A DNA stretch of 64,000 bases from Acidimicrobiales bacterium. Its GTDB lineage: Bacteria; Actinomycetota; Acidimicrobiia; Acidimicrobiales; CATQHL01. This document shows positions 27,641 to 36,799 of this stretch, one piece after another. Where the stretch lies: positions 367,451 through 431,450 of the forward strand of contig OZ242194.1 in assembly GCA_965206165.1 (NCBI GenBank), written 5' to 3'. The notes beneath the pieces were generated by a model. It saw nothing but the letters and a program-made list of their open reading frames with translations. It had not been told where the DNA came from and ran no database searches. The position numbers and the translations under genes are program-made. Within the stretch, counting starts at the first letter, position 1, and each line of letters begins with the position of its first letter.

Positions 27641-28874
27641 CAGAGGCGTCCACCGTGTGCAGGCGCTTGCCGTCGCCGGGCTGCTGCTGGGCGGCGGATG
27701 CGCCGCAGCCGCCTCTCCCGCGGCGCTCAACGCCGACAGCCGGGCCGCCCTGCTCGATGTCTGGCTGATTCCGGAGACCGAAGAGGCGCACGACGCTCCG
27801 AGCAGCGAGGATGCCCGCGACCGGGGCCTCGGGGGCGGGCGGTTCGGTCTGGACGATGAGTTCGAGCTGTCCGGTGATGTCGACCTCATTGTTCTGGAAG
27901 GAATCCCCGATCCTCCCGAGCCGACGCCGCTGGCGATCCACGTCACCTCGGTGGAGACCCTCACCGTCGGCGGCACGGGGTATGCCGACGTGTACGTGGC
28001 GGTCGAAGGGGTCGACACGGACCGCGTCGCCGGCCGTTTCCCCCTCGAGCCCGTGCCGGCGTCCGCACCGGCGGCCACGACTCTTGGGCCGGTCGGGCTC
28101 TGGGTGACCGGTGCCGCGTTCTACAACTGGAGCGACGGAGGGAGTCACCGCGGCGAGGGGATCTGGCGGGCGGTGGCGCCCGGCGCCGTGGGTGACGACG
28201 GGTTCTCCTGCGCCGGACCGACCGCCGACGAGCTGATGCCGCACGTGTACCCCGAGTGCCTGGCCCTGCATCTCGGCGACGACAGCGCCCGGCACTCCCC
28301 CGTCTACGGCTTCGCAGCCGACGGCTACCCGGTGCACGGTCCCTGGGCCGACCTGGAGCTGCCGGCGAGGAGTTCGTGGCGGATCCGGGACTACGAGACC
28401 GCCGGCTCGGCCACCGGTTGCAGCGAGCCCGGCCGCCGTACGTGCCTGCTGGTCAACCCCCTGGACCCGACGGCCGGGACGGTGCGTGCTCCCGCTGCGG
28501 GACCCGACACCGGGGAGGTTCCCGCGGGGGCGTTCTTCGAGGACTACTGGTTCGACATCGGCCTCGACGACGGTTCACCGCACGCCCTGGACGCCTTCAA
28601 CGGTCACGCCCATGACGAGTTTGGCTACCACCACCACATCACCCGGATCCAGAACGGCGACGGGAGCTTCACCGACGTGTTCCCGTACATCCTCGGCCCC
28701 TGGTTCCGCGGTGAACTGCACCCCGGAGCCGTGAGCCCGGGCGGCCCGAAGCTCCCCGACACAACGGGCACAACCGGCACAACACGGGTAGTCGAAGCGC
28801 CAGAGTCCCCCGAAGCCCCCGGCCCTGCCACCGAGCCCCCCTTCGTCTGCGCCCCTCGCCTGGGAGACTGCTGA
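27612..28874 (+). CDS. YHYH domain-containing lipoprotein
   Basis: Lipobox LLLGGGC and C-terminal FNGHAHDEFGYHHH (YHYH motif). The start is uncertain (GTG 27612, TTG 27627 or GTG 27657). The ORF-track N-terminal extension overlaps the previous gene. Confidence 0.7.
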   Translation: MEKLPLPSRDRGVHRVQALAVAGLLLGGGCAAAASPAALNADSRAALLDVWLIPETEEAHDAPSSEDARDRGLGGGRFGLDDEFELSGDVDLIVLEGIPDPPEPTPLAIHVTSVETLTVGGTGYADVYVAVEGVDTDRVAGRFPLEPVPASAPAATTLGPVGLWVTGAAFYNWSDGGSHRGEGIWRAVAPGAVGDDGFSCAGPTADELMPHVYPECLALHLGDDSARHSPVYGFAADGYPVHGPWADLELPARSSWRIRDYETAGSATGCSEPGRRTCLLVNPLDPTAGTVRAPAAGPDTGEVPAGAFFEDYWFDIGLDDGSPHALDAFNGHAHDEFGYHHHITRIQNGDGSFTDVFPYILGPWFRGELHPGAVSPGGPKLPDTTGTTGTTRVVEAPESPEAPGPATEPPFVCAPRLGDC

Positions 28875-28934
28875 GTCATGCTGCGGGCCACACCGTCTGT
28901 CATTCCGGCGGAGGCCGGAATCCATGGTCCAGCG
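28862..28934. repeat. REP-like element (stop box plus hairpin)
   Basis: gggagactgcTGAgtca supplies the YHYH stop (28872-28874), followed by gtcATTCCGGCggagGCCGGAATccatggtccagcg (28899-28934). Confidence 0.8.
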
Positions 28935-29062
28935 GATCCGACGGCGTCCGGCGTCGATTGCTCGGCACACTCCCAGGTACTCAGCACACTTCCGGGCGTC
29001 CGCGACTGACCGCAGCGCACCCAACCACTGCGACCACATATCCTCAGACGCAGGGTGAGACG

Positions 29063-29761
29063 ATGAACGATCCCGGCGGGGTGCTGGCGCAACTGGAGGA
29101 ACTGGGCACGGCCCAGAATCGGAAGGTCTATGCCCGCCACGGTGTCGGTGAGCCGATGTTCGGCGTGAGCTTCGCCTACCTCCGCAAGCTCGGCAAGAAG
29201 CTGCGGCACGACCACGATCTGGCGCGGACTCTCTGGGCGAGCGGCAACCACGACGCCCGGGTACTGGCACTTGCGGTCGCCAACCCGGCGGAGACGGATC
29301 CGGGCGAGATCGAGACATGGGCCGGTGAAGTGGACAACTACGTCCTGATCGACGAGTTCGCCGCCTTCGTCGCCGCCACGCCCCACTTCGGCGCGTGCGC
29401 TGACGACTGGACCGATCGCGACGGCGAATGGGTGACCTCGGCCGGCTGGAGCCTGGTGGCTCAGCAGGCGCTCCGGGACGACGAACTGCCCGACGTAGAA
29501 CTGCCCGACGACTACTTCGACGAGCGGCTCCGCATCATCGAGTCCCGCATCGCCGACGCCCCCAACCGGGTACGGCACTGCATGAACGGCGCCCTCATCG
29601 CCATCGGCGGGCGCAACGAAGCGCTACGCGAGAGCGCCACCGCCGCGGCCAGGCGCATCGGCCCGGTCATCGTCGACCACGGCGAGACCTCCTGCAAGAC
29701 TCCCGAGGCGGTGGCCTACATCAACCGCATCTGGGCACGACGAAGCAAGCAATCGGCGTAG
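29063..29761 (+). CDS. DNA alkylation repair (AlkD-like HEAT repeat) protein
   Basis: 232 aa from ATG 29063. AQNRKVYARHG...FGVSFAYLRKLGKKL...LWASGNHDARVLA resembles the AlkD/HEAT-repeat family. The stop TAG is part of the downstream repeat. Confidence 0.55.
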   Translation: MNDPGGVLAQLEELGTAQNRKVYARHGVGEPMFGVSFAYLRKLGKKLRHDHDLARTLWASGNHDARVLALAVANPAETDPGEIETWAGEVDNYVLIDEFAAFVAATPHFGACADDWTDRDGEWVTSAGWSLVAQQALRDDELPDVELPDDYFDERLRIIESRIADAPNRVRHCMNGALIAIGGRNEALRESATAAARRIGPVIVDHGETSCKTPEAVAYINRIWARRSKQSA

Positions 29762-29960
29762 GAGACTGCCGAGCAATCCCGCTCCTCCGTCATTCCGGCG
29801 CAGGCCGGAATCCACAATCCAGCGGCCCGACCTGTAGGGACTGCCGAGTAGTCCCGCGATCCAGCCCCTCCGTCAATCCGGCGAGTCAGACCCACCACCA
29901 AGCGGGGACCCGCACAGTATGAGTGTCATTCCGGCGGAGGCCGGAATCCACAATCCAGCG
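29759..29960. repeat. Cluster of three REP-like elements (one degenerate)
   Basis: d1 at 29759-29824: TAGGAGACTGCCGAGCAA ... gtcATTCCGGCgcagGCCGGAATccacaatccagcg. d2 at 29835 to about 29888: TAGGGACTGCCGAGTAG with a decayed hairpin. d3 at 29925-29960: core hairpin only. Confidence 0.8.
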
Positions 29961-30048
29961 ACCCGGCCTTCGGTGCCACTGCGCCACGCAGCACAGTCCT
30001 GGATTTGCCGCCCGGACCTCCAGCAGCCCGACGGTGCGCCGTACCCGC

Positions 30049-30876
30049 TCAGACGTCCATCAGCGCCTTGCGCTGCCCGCCGTCGAGGAGAATGTGCGCA
30101 CCGTTCACGTACCCGCCGCGCGCCGATGCCAGGAAGATGACCACGTTCGCCACCTGTTCGGCCGTGCAGATCGTCCCGAGAGGAAGGCTGTCGATGGTGA
30201 TGTCGTGGGCGCGCTCGACGCTGATCTTCTTGTCGCGAGCCATGGCCTCCTCGAGATAGTCCCAGCGCGTGGTCGCCACCGGCCCGGGGTTCACCGTGTT
30301 GCAACGGATGCCGATGCGGCCGTACTGCTCGGCCACCGAGGAGGCGAAGTTGATGTCGGCGGCGTTGGCGGCACCCGCGGTCATCTCCCAGTACGAGGGC
30401 TTGATGCCGTCATTCCCCACGACCATGACGATCGAGCCACCGCCCCGCGCCCGCAGGTGCGGCACCGCGGCACGCACGGTGCGGACATGGCCCATGAACT
30501 TGAGTTGCAGGCTCTGGTGCCACTGATCGTCGGTCAGCTCCTCGAGGAGCCCGCCGGGCGAGCTGCCGGCGTTGGGCACGCAGATATCCAGCCCTCCGAA
30601 CGCCTCGGCAGCCGCGTTCACGGCACGATCGGCGTCCTCGGAGCTTCTCATGTCGCCCACGAGGGGAAGGCACCGTCGCCCGCTGGACTCCGAGATCTGC
30701 GCCGCCACCTCCTCCAGCAGTTCCTGGCCCCGAGCAACGATGGCCACGTCGCAGCCCTCGGCGGCCAGACCTTCGGCCACAGCCTTGCCGATACCCATGC
30801 TCCCGCCGGTGACGATGGCGGCCTTGTCAGTCAACTGCAGGTCCACGGGCACTTCTCCTGATTCGCTGTCGGGCAC
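30049..30876 (-). CDS. SDR family oxidoreductase
   Basis: VTGGSMGIG Rossmann motif. SDR length and layout. Confidence 0.8.
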   Translation of the reverse strand: MPDSESGEVPVDLQLTDKAAIVTGGSMGIGKAVAEGLAAEGCDVAIVARGQELLEEVAAQISESSGRRCLPLVGDMRSSEDADRAVNAAAEAFGGLDICVPNAGSSPGGLLEELTDDQWHQSLQLKFMGHVRTVRAAVPHLRARGGGSIVMVVGNDGIKPSYWEMTAGAANAADINFASSVAEQYGRIGIRCNTVNPGPVATTRWDYLEEAMARDKKISVERAHDITIDSLPLGTICTAEQVANVVIFLASARGGYVNGAHILLDGGQRKALMDV

Positions 30877-30980
30877 GAAATGATGTCACACCCCAGCCCT
30901 CGCTTGTCGGTCGTTGTCCGGGTGGTGCTGTCGGTGCGCGGTGTCCGGTGGGGCCGCCGGTGGCCGCCGGCGGCGCGTCT

Positions 30981-31148
30981 GGCGAAATCGCGCCGGCGCC
31001 GTCCCCCGGCGTCCCCACCTCGGTTGTTGGCGGTTCGTGCGGTGCTGTTGTCAGCGTCGGAGGGGGCGAAATCGCGCCGGCGCCGTCCCCCGGCGTCCCC
31101 ACCTCAGCTATTGGCGGTTGGTGCGGTGCTGTTGTCAGCGTCGGAGGG
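30981..31148. repeat. 84-bp tandem repeat x2
   Basis: Units 30981-31064 and 31065-31148 differ at 4 positions by eye. Unit 2 contains the last codons and the stop (31135-31137) of the HNH gene. Confidence 0.85.
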
Positions 31149-32751
31149 GTTGATTGACGGTGCCGCGCGCTCCGGTGGTGCTGGTTCGGTGGCGTGACGG
31201 GCCGCGTTTGCTCTTGTGGGCTTTGCCGTTGCGGGCCGTGGGCGGTGGTCGGTTGGGTGGGGGTTCGAGGCTGAATTTGCCGTCGGGGCCGCGAATCAAG
31301 TTGGCGCCGAGTTCGTGGATCTGCTTGTGGTGACAGTCACCACAGAGCAGGCAGAGATTGTCGATGTCGGTCGGCCCTCCCTTCTCCCACCAGATGACGT
31401 GGTGGGCCTGACAGAAGCTGTTCGAGGCGCCACAGACGGCGCAGCCCTTATCTCGAACGGCGAGGGCGACGCGCTGCGCGGTGCTGGCGTGGCGGTACTT
31501 GTGGCCCAACCACAGGGGCTGGCCCTTCGTGTCGAACAGGGCCGGAAGGATGTCGGCGTCGAGGGCCAACTTGAGGAGTTCGCTGGGCGCCAGGAGGGTG
31601 CCGTCGATGAGGCGGGCATCGCGTAACTGCCCGGCGACGAGGTCGTAGTCGGCGACGATCACCAGCGTGGCGCGCTGGGGGTTGCCGGCGCCTTGGCGGG
31701 TGATGAGCGCTTCGAGCGCATCCGCGTACCGCTGGGCGGGCGTGGCGCGGCTCTTGGCGTCTTCGGCGTGCCAGACCTTGTTGGCCATCGCCGCGAGCGC
31801 GATTTCGATGCGTGCCCCGGCGACGGGATCGAAGTGGCCGAACAGCTTGTACATGCCGTCGGATTGCTGCTTGATGTTCGCCTCGCGCTGCGCGCGCTGG
31901 CGGCGACGCCGCTCCTCGAGGTCTTCGCCGGCTGAGCGCTCGTTGACGTGGTCTCGGACCGTGTGGGCGAACACGTCGGCGGGTTCCTTCTCAGCGGCGG
32001 CCAGCAGTTCGGCCTCGTCAACGGGCGTGTGCGCAGCGGCGTCGGCGATCGCCCGGGCGTGCTGAGGCGTGATCGCACCGTCGGCGAGCGCCCCGGCAGT
32101 GCCCGGCAGGTCGGCGAGCCGCCCGGCGAACTGCACCTCCCGCTTGGCGCCACCCCGGGACTGCTTCAAGTCGCCGCGCAGCACCTCCGCGGCGCGCGCC
32201 TCACCATCACGGGCCGCCAGCGCCGCGACCGTCTCGGTCCGCACGCCCGCCAGACGGGCGTCGCAGCGCCCCACCAATCCCAGACGCTCCTCGAGCCGCT
32301 CCCCGCCCAGAGACCGCAACCCCACCACCAGCGCATCCAGCAACCCCAACAGATGCACCGAGGACGGCTCGCCGGCGCCTGGCGCAATGCCGGCGGCGTC
32401 GGTCGGCGACGCGGACGTCTCTCGCCCACTGGGCCGACGCTCGGAGGTGGTCGCACTGGCCGGGGAGGTCGTAGGCGACGCGGACGCATCTTGCCGACCC
32501 GGCCGACGTCCCGGCGACGGCTCAGCGCAACCCTTCGCACCGGCGGAGGAAGTGAGAGGTGACGCCGATGCGTCTCGCCGAGCCGGCCCATGCTCCAACG
32601 CAGGAGCACCGGCAGAACCAGCACCGGCCACAGCAGCCGGAGTCGTGGGGTCCGAGAAGAGGTTCAGGTCGGTCATCGGTGGCTCCCCCGGGGAACGCGT
32701 CGTCATCGGGTTCGGGTCGGCGGGGCCGACGAGCCGGTTGGGGAAGCTCAA
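31135..32751 (-). CDS. DUF222 / HNH endonuclease (REP13E12-type repeat-family protein)
   Basis: C-terminal HNH block CAVCGASNSFCQAHHVIWWEKGGPTDIDNLCLLCGDCHHKQIH. The upstream region is typical of actinobacterial DUF222 proteins. The start is uncertain (32751 or ATG 32676, MTDLNLF). Confidence 0.8.
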   Translation of the reverse strand: MSFPNRLVGPADPNPMTTRSPGEPPMTDLNLFSDPTTPAAVAGAGSAGAPALEHGPARRDASASPLTSSAGAKGCAEPSPGRRPGRQDASASPTTSPASATTSERRPSGRETSASPTDAAGIAPGAGEPSSVHLLGLLDALVVGLRSLGGERLEERLGLVGRCDARLAGVRTETVAALAARDGEARAAEVLRGDLKQSRGGAKREVQFAGRLADLPGTAGALADGAITPQHARAIADAAAHTPVDEAELLAAAEKEPADVFAHTVRDHVNERSAGEDLEERRRRQRAQREANIKQQSDGMYKLFGHFDPVAGARIEIALAAMANKVWHAEDAKSRATPAQRYADALEALITRQGAGNPQRATLVIVADYDLVAGQLRDARLIDGTLLAPSELLKLALDADILPALFDTKGQPLWLGHKYRHASTAQRVALAVRDKGCAVCGASNSFCQAHHVIWWEKGGPTDIDNLCLLCGDCHHKQIHELGANLIRGPDGKFSLEPPPNRPPPTARNGKAHKSKRGPSRHRTSTTGARGTVNQPLRR

Positions 32752-32991
32752 CCCCCACAGCAGCAGGGGTCAGTGACCGGTACCCGTACTCTACACGACC
32801 CCTGGGACAGTCACAACACCTGTTCGTGTAACCAGGGAAATATATTTGCAACACCCGACGATTGCCGGCCACACCGGCGAGACATCGATCCACGGTCGTG
32901 ATCGCCCTATGGCCGAGCGGCCGCTGCCGACCGGGTGGTTCCCCGGTGGATCGCTCGTCGTTGGATCGAGGCTGACGATCCGCATCCGAGA

Positions 32992-33235
32992 GCCGGCTCC
33001 GGTTGCGCCGGCTTCACCGAACCCGGCGGGGCGACCGCCTTGGCGATCTGGACATCGGCGTCGCCGGCTCCGGTTGCAACGGCTTCGCCGAACCCGGCGG
33101 GAGCGGTGTCGATCGATTCCCGAAGCGGTGGCAAACATCGGATCCTTCGCTATTTCGGTCCACCACGCGAGCCCGCCAACAACTCCGCCGCCGCCGGCGT
33201 GGCGAACATCGGAGCCTTCGCGATTCCGGTCCACC
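32992..33235. repeat. 71-bp-periodic degenerate intergenic repeats
   Basis: Pair A at 32992-33030 / 33063-33101 (gccggctccggttgc..cggcttc.ccgaacccggcggg). Pair B at 33128-33164 / 33199-33235 (gtggc.aacatcgga.ccttcgc.att.cggtccacc). Both pairs have a 71-bp offset. Confidence 0.75.
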
Positions 33236-33313
33236 TCCCGCTCACCGCCGGCGTGGATGACCCGACGGACAAGGCATCGGCACTAGTGTCCTCCAGGGAG
33301 GCCAGCGGACACG

Positions 33314-33775
33314 ATGACTGAGTATTCCGTGGACGGCACGTCGCTCGATCGTGATCGGATGATGATCCTCTCGCTCAGGCCCCGATTCGCGGATGCGATT
33401 CTCGGGGGAGTCAAGACCGTTGAACTTCGTCGCACCGAGCCGAGGATTCGCCTTCCGACACTTGCTCTCATCTATGCGACGACGCCCGTGCGGGCGCTGC
33501 TCGGGACTTGCATCGTGACGAGTGTCGAGTCGGGTCGTCTTGCCGCCCTCTGGCAGGCGCACGGCGGGAGCAGCGGTCTGGATCACGGAGAGTTCCTGAA
33601 CTACTTCGAGGGTATCGACGCGGGAAGCGCTCTGAGCCTGGCGAGCCCGAGGCGACTCGGCCGGCCGATTCCTCTCGCCGAGTTGCGTTCGAAGCCGAAG
33701 GGATTCCGTCCCCCGCAGAGCTTTGCCTACGTCGACACCGAGACCGGCAAGCGACTTCTGCAGATGGCGGTGTAG
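33314..33775 (+). CDS. ASCH (PUA-like) domain protein
   Basis: MILSLRPRFADAILGGVKTVELRRTEP...LIYATTPVRALLGTCIV...PPQSFAYV follows the ASCH pattern. The true start may be the internal MMILS (about 33359). Confidence 0.6.
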   Translation: MTEYSVDGTSLDRDRMMILSLRPRFADAILGGVKTVELRRTEPRIRLPTLALIYATTPVRALLGTCIVTSVESGRLAALWQAHGGSSGLDHGEFLNYFEGIDAGSALSLASPRRLGRPIPLAELRSKPKGFRPPQSFAYVDTETGKRLLQMAV

Positions 33776-33945
33776 TCAACTGCGCACGCCCTGTTCCCGG
33801 TACGGGCGGTCTCGGCATCACAGCGACGCGAATGACCCGTCGCCCGAACCGGGCCGGCTCGTGTCCCTCGACAACCCAATCAGCGCCGGCGAGTCCTGCG
33901 TACGGCCGGCCAGCGCTTGACGACCGAGAACCGGCTCGCCCGACC

Positions 33946-34632
33946 TCAGACGCTGTCGGTGTGCGTCGGGATGCCGACATGGATCGTCCGTCGCTCTGGC
34001 GGAGTGATGCAGACCTCAAAGCGAAGCAATGGCTTCGGGAGGCGAACATCAACGGTCGAACTCGCGGTGTTGTAGAAGCTCCGCAGTACGAAGTCCACGA
34101 AGGCGTGGGGCGTCACGCCGGCGGAGACCGGAATCCGGCATCCGGTGTATTGGCCGAGGGTCAGGTGCGACACCGGATGAGCCAGCTCAACTGCGACGCC
34201 TGCCCGACTGTCATAGTCGAACCGGCAGGGAATGGTTACGACCCCCTTCTCGACGACATCCGCGTACACCCGCTCCTGTATGTAGATCTCAGGATCGTTC
34301 TGGTATTCCAGCAGGTCGGGCGACGGGAGGAACGCGAGACGATGGCGGAACAGGCGTCGCCCTCGGAACTCGTACTCCATCTGCAGCATCGCGCCGTCGA
34401 GCATCAGGACGTTGAACGAGCGCGCTCGCCTCAACGCCTGGTAGGCCTCGTCGTACGGTGTGTTTCGGAATGCCGACCGGACTGTGCCGTGTGGCGCGTA
34501 GCGAACGAGGTGGTCACCGGCGCCCACGTGGGACTCGTACGGCGGGTTCTGATCGTCGGCGAGCCCGGACTCGACGAGCGCCGCGGTTGCGCTGTTGATC
34601 TCTTGGACCACCTTGCGATGCGCGGTCACCAT
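33946..34632 (-). CDS. Putative DUF2290-family protein (partner of the upstream helicase)
   Basis: 228 aa starting 7 nt after the helicase stop. The assignment to DUF2290 rests on size, gene context and my recollection of the family, not on a diagnostic motif. Confidence 0.45.
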   Translation of the reverse strand: MVTAHRKVVQEINSATAALVESGLADDQNPPYESHVGAGDHLVRYAPHGTVRSAFRNTPYDEAYQALRRARSFNVLMLDGAMLQMEYEFRGRRLFRHRLAFLPSPDLLEYQNDPEIYIQERVYADVVEKGVVTIPCRFDYDSRAGVAVELAHPVSHLTLGQYTGCRIPVSAGVTPHAFVDFVLRSFYNTASSTVDVRLPKPLLRFEVCITPPERRTIHVGIPTHTDSV

Positions 34633-34639
34633 CCGACTG

Positions 34640-36799
34640 TCACGCCCCGGCCTCTCCCAGAAGCTCGCGGAGTGTCGCCAACTGTTCGCCGTCGATGTCT
34701 TCGCGGAGGATGCGACGGTGTCGCAGATCGTCGATCAAGCCCTCGACGGACTTCAGACGCTTCTGCCAGTCCTGCCGCTCCTTGTCCGACATGTCCCGGT
34801 GGACGACGGTGAGCTGTTCGAGCTCGTCTTGCGTGGGATAGCGAAACGACAACTCGAAGTTCGCGTTCCTGACTTGCTCGTATTCATCGATCAGAGAAGA
34901 CATGTCCGGGCCGATGCCACATACCCGAACCCAGGCCGTGCTTCGTGTCATCGCCGTGAAGAGCCGGTTCCGGACGTGTGCAAGGTTGGCAGTCGAGCCG
35001 TGCGCCTCCTCCGCGTTGACCACGTAAACCATCGCGGCCTCGTTGCCCTTGGCCCTGTGGATCCCGGTGCAGGTCACCGATCCGGTCCGGCGGAACACGT
35101 CGGCCTTCGTGTCAACGCCGGCGAGGTGGCTTGGAATGTCCCGCGCAAGTAGCTCTGCTCTGATCCGCCCTAGTTTCTTCCGTGCTGAAAGCGGGTCGGT
35201 GTTGATGACGATGACGTCACTGTGTCTCAGTTCGTCCTCGTCGAGGTTGCGCTCGATCTGAGACGCGACCCACTTGGCCTGAGTCATCTGATCGTCGAAC
35301 TGATGGAACTGGACCAGGTCATCGATGGGAGAGTGGGATTCAAGGAACTTTGGACTGGTGTCCGGCGGCCGGGCCAGCCGGACATCCTTGCCGAGCGCCA
35401 GCTCGTCGGAGAGGACTGCGTAGCCGACGTCGGTCCAGAGTTCGGGTCGATCGAACATCTGCACGAGCCCTGTGTGGCTCCACTCGGGCGGCTCCCGATA
35501 GATGCCGAACCCCAGTCCATGAGCAGAGACCAGAACCGGGCGTGAGTTCCGATAGCACTTCTCAAGGATGATGTCCTGCTGAGCGCCGTCGCGGTTGAGA
35601 TCGTCGAAGTTGACTCTCGGCCCACCGCCGTCGTCCAGCCCGAAGATGTCTTCCGGTGATGGCAACCCCTCGTTCGTCAGGTTCTGCAGTTCGTCGTACG
35701 CATAGACGAGACGCTTCGGGCGCTCGAGGATCTCGTAGCAGAGCCTGAGAAAGGCAGGAGGAAAGTCCTGCGCCTCATCGACGAGAATGGCATCGTACGA
35801 CGTCCGAATCTCACCGACGTTGTCGAGCGCCGTCTCCACGGCACCCTCGAAGGCGCCTTCGAACCCGAATCTGGCCTTCGCCGCGAAGAAGTCGCGGTAC
35901 TCGAGATCGTGGGTTCGGCAGAACTCGAAATAGATCCCGTCCCGATCGGCTCCTCCCGGCGCACCCCAGGAACTGACGACTCGAAGCCTGTCCCAGTCCG
36001 GTTCCTCACCGGTCTGTTCAATCGAGAAGTTCGTGATGAGGCGTGTGAAGTGGCTCTTGAGGGAGCGCGTGTGAAACGTGACTGCTATCCGCCAGTTCGG
36101 ATGTCGGGCATGGAGGTACGCCGCCTTCAGAGCGAGGACGATCGTTTTGCCCGAGCCCGCAAGGCCTCTAATTCGCTGGACGCCATCTACGGTCTCGATC
36201 ACTGCCTGGCTCTGGCTCCGGTCCAGCGTCGCGATGGAGTTCTCAAGCGCGTTGAGCCTGGCGGCTCTCGAGTCAGGCGTACCTGGGGACCGCGCCCCAC
36301 CGGGCCGGCGGATCGCCGTGATGCTTTGAATCGCGGAGAGCGTCCTGTCGTAGAGATCCTGTGTGGAGGACTCCCAGACGAGTTGTTTCAGGTGGGGCAC
36401 CAGGGAGGCACTATCCAGGACGGGATGCTCCTGATTGGCCACTGCGCGCGAGACCGCTGGTGCATACGTCAACGCCTCGATCTTGGTAAGCAGGTTTCGG
36501 CGGTGCACGAGACCCTGATGCGGCACGAGCCGCGCATATAGCCGGTTGTAGGCCTCGTCCTGCCCCGCGACGTAGTCCCCCAGATCGGTTCCCTCGACGA
36601 GATCGAAGCAGACCAGCCCATGATCTGGAGACACGAGCAGCGCATCGATTGCGTACCGCCCATCGGGTGAAGCGATGACCGGGTATCCGATGAGCAGTTG
36701 GCCCTTGATGTCCTGATCGCGCAGTGCGCGGATAAGTGCGTCGGTCGTAGCGGGCTTGTCGGTGGTGCCGTGGACGATGGTCAGTGATGGACTGCTCAT
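34640..36799 (-). CDS. SF1 (UvrD/Rep-like) helicase with NERD-like N-terminal domain
   Basis: 719 aa from ATG 36799. Walker A GLAGSGKT, Walker B ILVDEAQDF and a late motif TGIHRAKGNEA. The N-terminal roughly 120 aa resemble a nuclease-related (NERD-like) module. Confidence 0.8.
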   Translation of the reverse strand: MSSPSLTIVHGTTDKPATTDALIRALRDQDIKGQLLIGYPVIASPDGRYAIDALLVSPDHGLVCFDLVEGTDLGDYVAGQDEAYNRLYARLVPHQGLVHRRNLLTKIEALTYAPAVSRAVANQEHPVLDSASLVPHLKQLVWESSTQDLYDRTLSAIQSITAIRRPGGARSPGTPDSRAARLNALENSIATLDRSQSQAVIETVDGVQRIRGLAGSGKTIVLALKAAYLHARHPNWRIAVTFHTRSLKSHFTRLITNFSIEQTGEEPDWDRLRVVSSWGAPGGADRDGIYFEFCRTHDLEYRDFFAAKARFGFEGAFEGAVETALDNVGEIRTSYDAILVDEAQDFPPAFLRLCYEILERPKRLVYAYDELQNLTNEGLPSPEDIFGLDDGGGPRVNFDDLNRDGAQQDIILEKCYRNSRPVLVSAHGLGFGIYREPPEWSHTGLVQMFDRPELWTDVGYAVLSDELALGKDVRLARPPDTSPKFLESHSPIDDLVQFHQFDDQMTQAKWVASQIERNLDEDELRHSDVIVINTDPLSARKKLGRIRAELLARDIPSHLAGVDTKADVFRRTGSVTCTGIHRAKGNEAAMVYVVNAEEAHGSTANLAHVRNRLFTAMTRSTAWVRVCGIGPDMSSLIDEYEQVRNANFELSFRYPTQDELEQLTVVHRDMSDKERQDWQKRLKSVEGLIDDLRHRRILREDIDGEQLATLRELLGEAGA

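Noticed and set aside
30948-31157. An ORF encoding a duplicated peptide, GEIAPAPSPGVPTS..GG.CGAVVSVGG, across the 84-bp repeat (the period is a multiple of 3).
   Set aside because: All six frames are open here, there is no RBS or start context, and the composition is not gene-like. It is treated as non-coding repeat, though with moderate certainty only.
32791-33234. Minus-strand ORFs (147 aa and 75 aa) with the recurring peptide PAGFGEA.ATGAG.
   Set aside because: The underlying DNA repeat has a 71-bp period, so the copies fall in different frames. The peptide recurrence is a by-product of the DNA repeat.
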